Origin: Longimicrobiales bacterium
GTDB lineage: Bacteria > Gemmatimonadota > Gemmatimonadetes > Longimicrobiales > Gaopeijiaceae
Length of the DNA stretch: 64,000 nucleotides
Direction of reading: 5' to 3'
NCBI GenBank assembly: GCA_965226375.1
Contig: CBDDCX010000008.1
Span: forward strand, 512,001-576,000
Under the pieces are notes generated by a model. The model did no database searches and was not told the DNA's origin. It saw nothing but the letters and a program-made list of their open reading frames with translations. Below are positions 54,394-62,815 of this stretch, piece after piece. Position 1 is the first letter of the stretch. Each line of letters begins with the position of its first letter. Made by a program: the position numbers and the translations under genes.

Positions 54394-54642
54394 GGTCAAC
54401 CTCCTACGCTTTCATCGAGCCTGCTTTCGGCAAGCCCTTTGGCGAAGGCTGCCTCCCAGGTGAAGCCGGAGTCGATGTACGACTCCGCCAAGTCCGTCAG
54501 GAACCGGGCTTCGATCTCGGGCGTCGCTCCAGGGAAGTGCAAGTACTTCGAGATGCTCTGGGAGGATCGAGCCAGGAGCTCCTGGGTCTCCTCATCGGTG
54601 GAAGCAAAGACGTGAAGTGGAGCCCCGAACAGGATGAGCCCA

Positions 54643-55709
54643 ATGGGGTATTGCCTTAAGTCCACCGCCCACTACATGTTGTGGTCATGGCGGTTCCGGC
54701 TTCTCAGCTCCGTGGCGGCGTGGACTATCCCCGTACGCGGCTGGAGCTGGACGAGTTCTTCCCCGACGATGCGGCATGCCTGGAGTACGTGGAGGGTCTG
54801 CGCTGGCCGGAAGGGTTTGTGTGCGTGGGCTGTGGCGGGTTGGGAGAGGTCTGGCGAGCATCGCGGGGGCGTCTCGTCTGCCCACACTGTCGAAGGCAGA
54901 CCTCGGTGCTGGCGGGAACCGTGTTCCACCGCACGCGCTCGCCCCTGCGTCTGTGGTTTCTCGCTGCCTGGGAGCTCACGAGCCAGAAATACGGAGCCAA
55001 TGCTCTCGGGCTCCAGCGCGTGCTCGGACTGGGAAGCTACAAGACAGCGTGGGTCTGGCTCCACAAGCTCCGCCGGGCCATGGTCCGACCGGATCGCGAC
55101 CAGCTGAGCGGCGTTGTGCAAGTGGACGAGAGCTATGTCGGGGGCGTGGAGGCTGGAGTGCGGGGCCGCGAGACGATCAAGAAGGCCATCGTCGCGATCG
55201 CCGCCGAGGTCGACGGACGCAAGATCGGGAGAATACGGCTGCGTTGGGTGCCCGACCTCTCCGCTCCGGTTCTGCGAGGCTTCGTCAAGGATAGCATCGC
55301 ACCGGCAAGCACGGTGCATACCGACGGATGGCCAAGCTATCAGGGACTCGCCAAACTGGGCTTTCGCCACACGGTCACGAACCTCTCGACCTCCGGCGAT
55401 CCCGCTCACGTGCTCATGTCGGCCGTACATCGGGTGGCGTCTCTCCTCAAGCGCTGGGTCCTCGGAACCCTCCAAGGAGGGATCGCCCGCGAACACCTCC
55501 CCTACTATCTGGACGAGTTCACCTTTCGCTTCAACCGACGCACATCCCGGGCTCGCGGCCTGTTGTTCTACCGCTTGCTTGAGCAGGCTGTTCAGTGTGC
55601 TCCCACGCCAGCTTCGGCCCTTTACCTCGGCACCGGACGTGGGAAACGGCCCGCAGAGCCCCGGTAACCACTATATCTTGGGGTCGGTGGACTTAAGGGA
55701 ATACCCCCT
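54643..55709 (+). mobile_element. IS1595-family element, copy 2 (1067 bp)
   Basis: Same IRs as copy 1; 8-bp TSD TGAGCCCA. Confidence 0.95.
54681..55667 (+). CDS. IS1595-family transposase
   Basis: Protein identical to copy 1. Confidence 0.92.
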   Translation: MVMAVPASQLRGGVDYPRTRLELDEFFPDDAACLEYVEGLRWPEGFVCVGCGGLGEVWRASRGRLVCPHCRRQTSVLAGTVFHRTRSPLRLWFLAAWELTSQKYGANALGLQRVLGLGSYKTAWVWLHKLRRAMVRPDRDQLSGVVQVDESYVGGVEAGVRGRETIKKAIVAIAAEVDGRKIGRIRLRWVPDLSAPVLRGFVKDSIAPASTVHTDGWPSYQGLAKLGFRHTVTNLSTSGDPAHVLMSAVHRVASLLKRWVLGTLQGGIAREHLPYYLDEFTFRFNRRTSRARGLLFYRLLEQAVQCAPTPASALYLGTGRGKRPAEPR

Positions 55710-58078
55710 TGAGCCCATTATCGTCGGTACTGATCTTAGCCCCGCGCCCCAGGTTGGCCACCTCTTCGGGCCCCATGCGCGCCTGGGCCAGCACATCGGA
55801 GAGTCGAGTGAAGCCTAGCCGTGCGAGGTCCTCCCGAACGGCCGGGGCTGTCCAGGCCTGGCCCATGCGCGCCACATTCAAGTCGATCGGCTCGGCTGAT
55901 CCCACCAGAATCAGGTCTCTCCTGCTCAACGGTTGGAAAACATAGACGTTCGGAAACACCGTTTGGAACGTAGCGATCACCGAACGAAGCAGGCCCGGGT
56001 CCAGGTTGTACATCTGGAGCCACTGTCCGAAGATTCCTCCCTGAGCGAGACGATCGGCTCCGATCTGAAAGAACTCCCGCGTGAACAAGTTTGCAGGACC
56101 GGCCATCCAAGGGTTGGACGGCTCAGAGATGATCACGTCGTACTGTTCATCGGTCGCCAGGAGGTAGCTCCGGGCGTCAGCGAACTTGAGCGTGGTTCTC
56201 GGATCGTCCAGAGGCCGTCCGTTGACGAAATCGAAGAGACGCGTGCCGGGCACGGAAGCCGGCTCGATCTCGACGATATCGAGTTTGTCGAGGGGGTGGG
56301 TGAGGGCGGAGCCGGCGGTCGTCCCGCTGGCCAGGCCGATCACCAGGGCGTTCTTTGGGTTCCGGTGGAGTAGCAGCGGGCCATGGGCAAGCATGACCTG
56401 AGTGTGCATGTCGCTCACCGAGGAAGCGTCGGCCTTACCGTCCGTGAGGTACACGACGTTGGCCGTCTCGACGCCGCCCAGCAGACGGGTCCGGTTCTTC
56501 TGCCACATGACGGACACCGTGGAGGCTGCTCCTTCACGGTAGTAAAGAATCTCCCAGTCGCTGCGGAGGAAATCTTGATATTCCTCCCGATCGAATCCGT
56601 GCCCCAGGTCTTGGACGTACTCGAAGACGCCGCTGGTCATGGCGAGCGGATCCCACTTGGGTGCGACGGCGACGGCGCCCAGGCCCAGAGCCGCAACCAC
56701 GGAACCGCGTGCCAGCCTGGGAAGCAAGCGCGGGACTCCGGTGAATGCCCCGAACGTCGCTCCGACCGCGATATAGATGAAAACGGCGAGGTGGATGGTG
56801 CCACTGATGCCGAGCGCCGGAATGAGCAGGAATCCCGCTGCGGCAGCTCCCAGGACGCCCCCGGCGGCGTTCCCGGCGTAGAGGCGACCCACGGAGGATC
56901 CGACACGATCCCGGGACAGCCCCGCCGCGGCCAACCCCGCCGGGAAGAGCCCGCCCATGGCCAGGGTGGGCAGGATCAGGGCTGCCGCGCTCACGGCCGC
57001 CTCGATGGCGAACAGGGCTCCTCCCCCCAGCTCGCCTCCCCACTCATAGAAGAGGATCGCGAACAGGTACGGAAGCTCGCCCGCGATCGACAGCGTGGCG
57101 ATCGTGAGCAGGCCCGAGGCCACGGACAGCATCCAGAACGTCCGAACCCCGTCCCAGCGCCACCTGTCGAGTGCCCAGGAGAAGAAAAGGCTGCCCAGGG
57201 ACAGTCCGATCAAGAAGGTGGCCAGCATGATGCTGAAGGCGTACACCGACGGGCCCACTACGAGGGACAGCGTGCGTGTCCATCCGACCTCCAGCGCCAT
57301 AGCAGCGAAGCCGGTGAGCGCCAGGGCAACAACGGTAGTGGCCTCCCGTTCGGTCATCCGAGGCGTGGGTGCGGTGGCCGTCGCCACCGAGCCCGGATCG
57401 GCCTCGGCACTCGATCCGAGAGCCGTCTGCGGCTCCTCGAAACGCGAGGACAGGTAGAACGCGATCACGCCCACCAACCCGTTGACGAACACCGCGATGA
57501 AGATCGTGTTGCGGTACCCGACCAGGGGAAGCAGGAAGAACCCCGTGACGACCACGCCCACGACCGCGCCCAAAGTGTTGATCCCGTAAAGGGTGCCGAT
57601 TCCCCTTACCAGTGCATCGCTGCGTTGACCCCAGAACTGCGCGATCACCGGGAGCGTACCCCCCATGAGAACCGTCGGGGGCAGCAGAACGGCGAAGCAG
57701 ATCAGAAAACGAACGGCAGCGAAGGCCAGCGGACTCGATTCGAGTGATGTCCACGCGAGGCGAAGGAGCGGGGTCAACGCCGTGAAAAGCAGGGGCATTA
57801 ACAGGGCGTAGAGTCCGACCGAGATCTCGAGCCAGCCGTACGTGCGAAGCGGCCGCGCCCACCGCCCTATTTGCCGTGCGAAAGCGTAGCTACCGAGAGC
57901 GAGACCGGCCATGAAGGCCGCCAACACCGTCGCCGCCGCCTGGCCGCTGCCTCCGAAGATCAACTCCAGAGAGCGCAACCACGCGACCTGATACGCCAGG
58001 CTGGCCGCTCCGGAGAGGAGAAAGCAGAGGTACAAAGCGAGCATGATCGAGGATTCTCGGGCTCAGCTCAGGAGCTCT

Positions 58079-58103
58079 TGGACTTCCCCTGGGGGGAGGT
58101 CCA
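58079..58103. terminator. Intergenic stem-loop inside the pilin locus
   Basis: tggacttcccc-tgg-ggggaggtcca. Confidence 0.35.
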
Positions 58104-58136
58104 TAGGCTGCTGGCCCGTCGAGCCGTAGGCGTCCA

Positions 58137-59477
58137 TCAGTTACCGCTGATCTCGCGCCAGAGCCCGTCTCGGGGTTCCATGATCATCATCCGGTGCCAC
58201 GATTGTGCGATCTCGCAAGGGCGGTACTTCATGTCGTTGTGATCACCGTCCAGATTGCTTCGGCAGTCGCCGTCCGTCACTTCCTGTTCGGTGCACCCGA
58301 GTCCGGCGATGGCGGCCCCCTTCACGTGGATGTGCGCGCCGTCCTGGGTGGTGATCGTACCTCCCACCAGGATGATGCCCGTCCACTCGAGCTTGTCGTT
58401 CGTCACTATGATGTCGCCATCGACGATGAGGATCCCGTATCCCTTGACGCGCTGGTCGGTGGTCAGATCACCCGTGTATCGGACGATGGGCCATTCAGAG
58501 GCGGACTTCCAAGCGGCAGCGTCGCCTGATTCGAACATGTCCATCAGGTCGCCGGAGTCGTTCAAAGCGACGACGCCCGTGACTCCGCTGTAGAACGAAC
58601 TGCTCAGCATCTCGGTCCAGTCTATGCCCATGTCGGCTTTGATTGCCGCGGCGGTGGTGAAGGTGCTGTCCACATCCGCGGGGGAGGACACTCCCTTGCT
58701 GTGCCACTTGTACGGGCAGTTTTTGCCGCCGGGGCAGTCAGCGTCGGGGAGGGGAAGATCCCACTGCCCCAGGGGGACCGTGAGGTTCGGAATCGGCACT
58801 TCGGTTCCGCATGCACCATCCTTGCCCGCCTTCGCCTTGCCATCGAAGTGATAGTGGTCGTCGGCGTCACCCCCGAACTCGATACCGCCCACCGAGGTGA
58901 ACACAGCGTTGATGTCGAAGGGGGGAGAGAGAGCCCCGTACATGGCCAGGAGCCGCGTGGTCGAGAGGGAAACGTCCCGTGAATCGGTCACCGTGGAGTG
59001 CGCGAACAGCTCGTAGATCGGAGTGGTCCCATTGTTCATGATGAATTCGGCAGTCACGATGACGGAGGCATCTAGAAAGTCGTCCGCTTGGGGCGGCGGA
59101 GTGGTCATCTCGAGGTCCTCAAGCAATTCCTCCTCCTCATTGTCGTCGTCTGCCGCACACGTATCCTGCTCTGCCTGCGTCGGGTACAGGAGTGTGTCCG
59201 CACACGGATCCGCGTAGTACTCGAAGGTCATGTCGATGGAGTCGCTCTGGAGGCGGGCCGCGAAGTAACGCGCGAATCCCGCTTCGGCCGTGTACAGCGC
59301 CCGTGAGGCTTGGGCGTATCCCTGGGCGGCGCTGTATTCGGCACGTGAGAGCCAGAAGCCCGCGGTGGCGAACACCGTGATCAGCAGAAGTATGAGGACG
59401 GCGGACACTAGGGCTCCGCCCATCTCACTCGAGACGTGGGCCTCTCGCGGGAGGCGCTCCCGACACGTATAAATCAT
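58137..59477 (-). CDS. PilX-like minor pilin
   Basis: G|ALVSAVLILLLI (no E5), ALY.AEAG, C-terminal G.GILIVDGD repeats. Confidence 0.75.
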   Translation of the reverse strand: MIYTCRERLPREAHVSSEMGGALVSAVLILLLITVFATAGFWLSRAEYSAAQGYAQASRALYTAEAGFARYFAARLQSDSIDMTFEYYADPCADTLLYPTQAEQDTCAADDDNEEEELLEDLEMTTPPPQADDFLDASVIVTAEFIMNNGTTPIYELFAHSTVTDSRDVSLSTTRLLAMYGALSPPFDINAVFTSVGGIEFGGDADDHYHFDGKAKAGKDGACGTEVPIPNLTVPLGQWDLPLPDADCPGGKNCPYKWHSKGVSSPADVDSTFTTAAAIKADMGIDWTEMLSSSFYSGVTGVVALNDSGDLMDMFESGDAAAWKSASEWPIVRYTGDLTTDQRVKGYGILIVDGDIIVTNDKLEWTGIILVGGTITTQDGAHIHVKGAAIAGLGCTEQEVTDGDCRSNLDGDHNDMKYRPCEIAQSWHRMMIMEPRDGLWREISGN

Positions 59478-59480
59478 TCT

Positions 59481-60547
59481 AGGGGGTATTCCCTTAAGTC
59501 CACCGACCCCAAGATATAGTGGTTACCGGGGCTCTGCGGGCCGTTTCCCACGTCCGGTGCCGAGGTAAAGGGCCGAAGCTGGCGTGGGAGCACACTGAAC
59601 AGCCTGCTCAAGCAAGCGGTAGAACAACAGGCCGCGAGCCCGGGATGTGCGTCGGTTGAAGCGAAAGGTGAACTCGTCCAGATAGTAGGGGAGGTGTTCG
59701 CGGGCGATCCCTCCTTGGAGGGTTCCGAGGACCCAGCGCTTGAGGAGAGACGCCACCCGATGTACGGCCGACATGAGCACGTGAGCGGGATCGCCGGAGG
59801 TCGAGAGGTTCGTGACCGTGTGGCGAAAGCCCAGTTTGGCGAGTCCCTGATAGCTTGGCCATCCGTCGGTATGCACCGTGCTTGCCGGTGCGATGCTATC
59901 CTTGACGAAGCCTCGCAGAACCGGAGCGGAGAGGTCGGGCACCCAACGCAGCCGTATTCTCCCGATCTTGCGTCCGTCGACCTCGGCGGCGATCGCGACG
60001 ATGGCCTTCTTGATCGTCTCGCGGCCCCGCACTCCAGCCTCCACGCCCCCGACATAGCTCTCGTCCACTTGCACAACGCCGCTCAGCTGGTCGCGATCCG
60101 GTCGGACCATGGCCCGGCGGAGCTTGTGGAGCCAGACCCACGCTGTCTTGTAGCTTCCCAGTCCGAGCACGCGCTGGAGCCCGAGAGCATTGGCTCCGTA
60201 TTTCTGGCTCGTGAGCTCCCAGGCAGCGAGAAACCACAGACGCAGGGGCGAGCGCGTGCGGTGGAACACGGTTCCCGCCAGCACCGAGGTCTGCCTTCGA
60301 CAGTGTGGGCAGACGAGACGCCCCCGCGATGCTCGCCAGACCTCTCCCAACCCGCCACAGCCCACGCACACAAACCCTTCCGGCCAGCGCAGACCCTCCA
60401 CGTACTCCAGGCATGCCGCATCGTCGGGGAAGAACTCGTCCAGCTCCAGCCGCGTACGGGGATAGTCCACGCCGCCACGGAGCTGAGAAGCCGGAACCGC
60501 CATGACCACAACATGTAGTGGGCGGTGGACTTAAGGCAATACCCCAT
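59481..60547 (-). mobile_element. IS1595-family element, copy 3 (1067 bp)
   Basis: Same IRs, inverted orientation; 8-bp TSD ATCATTCT. Confidence 0.95.
59523..60509 (-). CDS. IS1595-family transposase
   Basis: Protein identical to copies 1 and 2. Confidence 0.92.
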   Translation of the reverse strand: MVMAVPASQLRGGVDYPRTRLELDEFFPDDAACLEYVEGLRWPEGFVCVGCGGLGEVWRASRGRLVCPHCRRQTSVLAGTVFHRTRSPLRLWFLAAWELTSQKYGANALGLQRVLGLGSYKTAWVWLHKLRRAMVRPDRDQLSGVVQVDESYVGGVEAGVRGRETIKKAIVAIAAEVDGRKIGRIRLRWVPDLSAPVLRGFVKDSIAPASTVHTDGWPSYQGLAKLGFRHTVTNLSTSGDPAHVLMSAVHRVASLLKRWVLGTLQGGIAREHLPYYLDEFTFRFNRRTSRARGLLFYRLLEQAVQCAPTPASALYLGTGRGKRPAEPR

Positions 60548-60554
60548 ATCATTC

Positions 60555-61514
60555 TTATCCTCCAACGTTGCGCAGCGGCACGTTCACCGTCGCGTCGTAT
60601 TCCAGTGATCTGATGGTCCCTGAGGCGTTGGTCTCTGTGTAGCCCAGCGCCTTGATGCGCACTGTAACCACGTTCTTGTGCTGCCCCGCCGGCACGGTGG
60701 TCACCACATTCCCGTTCGCCAACACGTACTCGAAGCCCGCTCCGTTCGCGAAGAGCCCCGTGAGCTCCTGTGAAGCGCCCGGCATGTTCCGGAAGAGTGC
60801 TCGGGTGCCCGGCTCGAAGACGGAAGCCCCGAATGTATAAGTGATGTCGCTGTATACGATGAACTCTGAGGCGGCTACGGGAGCGGATCCGGTCCCAGTC
60901 GCAAAAGCGTTGAAGCGGGGGTAGTCCACGTTGGCCGTGTCGGCAAACTGATTGACGGTGCCATCTTTGTTATACGTGGTCGTAGCCTGGAACTTTGCTC
61001 CGGCGCCCTCTTTGCATAGAAAGCTGGTCGCTGCCACCAAAGAGTCATCCCACTTGGAGTCCGACTCTTCGAAATACGCCCAGTCCTCGTCCGGCTCCCT
61101 GACTCCGTAACCGGACTGTACCTGGTCCGCGAAGAGTGCGTCTTCCGCGGCTCGCAGAAACATCTCAGCTCCGGTCCCGTCCAGGGCTTCACCACAGATT
61201 AGCCCCCATTGGATGGGATAATGGACGGAAATGGAGTCCGGCGTCCCGAGCACCAGCCCTAGGGGAGGCACCGTCCGGAGCTCTCCGGCCACAAGGTCGA
61301 CGGACGCGCGGATGCTCCTCTGGAGCGCCATGCGGTCGGCTTGGATGTCGTAGAGAGTCCTCTGAGACATCATCAGGCCCACGGTGCTGGCGATGATGAT
61401 GCCGAACAGTGTGAACGCAATCAGGAACTCGATAAGCGTGAAGCCGGGCTGTTTCCCGTCGGCTGGACCCTCGCCCTCGACCGATGCCGGTGGTTGGTGC
61501 GGATGATGCATCAC
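60555..61514 (-). CDS. PilW-like minor pilin
   Basis: G|FTLIEFLIA prepilin motif; overlaps the pilV-like stop. Confidence 0.8.
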   Translation of the reverse strand: MMHHPHQPPASVEGEGPADGKQPGFTLIEFLIAFTLFGIIIASTVGLMMSQRTLYDIQADRMALQRSIRASVDLVAGELRTVPPLGLVLGTPDSISVHYPIQWGLICGEALDGTGAEMFLRAAEDALFADQVQSGYGVREPDEDWAYFEESDSKWDDSLVAATSFLCKEGAGAKFQATTTYNKDGTVNQFADTANVDYPRFNAFATGTGSAPVAASEFIVYSDITYTFGASVFEPGTRALFRNMPGASQELTGLFANGAGFEYVLANGNVVTTVPAGQHKNVVTVRIKALGYTETNASGTIRSLEYDATVNVPLRNVGG

Positions 61515-61930
61515 AACCCCTGATCGTAGATGTAGGTTTCGAACCGCTCGAGGTTGTTCCGGTCCAGATTACCGCCGCCCGAGTACACTACGATCTGGTA
61601 GAGTTGGGCGGGGGCCTGGACGCTCAGTTGAGAGCTGACGTCGGTGAGGGTCGAGAGGACCACATAGTCCTGACTGCCCAGGTCGATCGTGTCGACGTTC
61701 AATCCGAGTGGGAGCGAGTCGAAGGGCATGACCATATAGCTGTCCAGAATCTGCTGGGCGGCGAGCGTGGAGTTCGTGAGGTTGAAGCCCATGCGCACCT
61801 GGGTAACCGACGAAGCAGCCATGCTAGTGACTGCGAGCACGCCGATGCTGAGCACCACGAGGGCCACAAGAACTTCTACCAAGCTGAAGCCCCCTTCGGA
61901 ACCCGTGGTTCGTGGACGCATGTTTTTCAT
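61511..61930 (-). CDS. PilV-like minor pilin
   Basis: G|FSLVEVLVALVVLSIGVL. Confidence 0.85.
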   Translation of the reverse strand: MKNMRPRTTGSEGGFSLVEVLVALVVLSIGVLAVTSMAASSVTQVRMGFNLTNSTLAAQQILDSYMVMPFDSLPLGLNVDTIDLGSQDYVVLSTLTDVSSQLSVQAPAQLYQIVVYSGGGNLDRNNLERFETYIYDQGL

Positions 61931-62261
61931 TGCCTACCTACCTGGGTATGACTGAGCCGTCCATGTGGACAGCGAGTGGGTGGCTAGCCGTGCAAGGCTC
62001 ATGCCTTTCGGCACCCATACCCTGTCGTCGTTGCCGCGAAAGGGTAAACAGGCATCGCGGTAGGGCACTTCGGGGCTGTTCACGGTGACAAATAATGTCC
62101 CGAAACGGAAAAAAGTGCCCATTCCTTTCGTCTTTTATTCGGGTCCTGAGAGAGCCACTACTCCATTTGTTTACACACAATAGTATCGAGGAAGCGCGAA
62201 GCGCCACACTCATGAACGTGAGCCCCGGTTGGTTGAAACCCGACAGGCAGCTTGGCGGATG

Positions 62262-62286
62262 TGTGGATAACTATGGATGTGGATAA
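62262..62286 (-). promoter_or_regulatory. Two perfect DnaA-box matches
   Basis: TGTGGATAA (reverse complement TTATCCACA) at 62262-62270 and 62278-62286. Confidence 0.6.
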
Positions 62287-62678
62287 CTATCAGGGCCGAC
62301 TCTTGATAGGGCGCTGATGACTGAAGGCTCGCCGACGGCCCCATGAGCACGTCGGTTACCGCCCTCCCCCCCAAACGTCTTCTCGAGCGCCGCGAGCGCT
62401 CCGCACTTCTCGGCTTTTTCCAGCTGGTCGGCAGCGCCTGAGACCGCGATGATGGCCGCACGAGGGTCGTGCGCGAGCAGGTCCTGGATGAGTTGAAGCC
62501 CGTCCACGTTGGGCATCCTGAGATCCGTGATCACCACGTCGATGTCATTTTCCTGATAGACACGTAACGCGGCCTCACCATCCTTCGCGAAGCAAGGTGC
62601 GTGCCCGGCGTCCTCGACAATCCTTGTCTCCAGGAGCCGATCCATCTCCACGTCGTCTACTATCAGTAGGTTCGCCAT
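62271..62678 (-). CDS. Single-domain response regulator (C-terminus possibly damaged)
   Basis: LLIVDD, VITDLRMP.VDG, AVSG, then K with no following P or helix 5. Confidence 0.8.
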   Translation of the reverse strand: MANLLIVDDVEMDRLLETRIVEDAGHAPCFAKDGEAALRVYQENDIDVVITDLRMPNVDGLQLIQDLLAHDPRAAIIAVSGAADQLEKAEKCGALAALEKTFGGEGGNRRAHGAVGEPSVISALSRVGPDSYPHP

Positions 62679-62815
62679 AGTACATGAAGTCCCATGGGGG
62701 GGGTCGATCCTACACTCTCTCTACCGTAATAGAGTGATGGGTGAAGAGGCAAGCGCAAAGCTTGACGCGGGGAGGCGTCGGCTCGCGGCCTCATTCCCGC
62801 ATGATCCGAGGAGGC

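Larger units (their letters stand above)
54396..58044 (-). pseudogene. Fused membrane (MFS-like)/spermidine-synthase-like protein, split by IS
   Basis: SGAASLAYQV.W.R and other TM repeats, then LVIGLASGTT, VEIEP, DARSYL, YDVIISEPSNPW. Removing the IS and one 8-bp TSD restores an 857-aa ORF (TDDNGLILFGAP). Confidence 0.9.

Noticed and set aside
44304..60547. Composite transposon formed by IS pairs
   Set aside because: Each copy has its own matching TSD, so these are three independent insertions.
61931..62290. Firm oriC call, or a sigma54 promoter for the pilin operon
   Set aside because: Only two perfect DnaA boxes, no origin-linked genes, and skew cannot be computed; no correctly spaced GG-N10-GC match was found.
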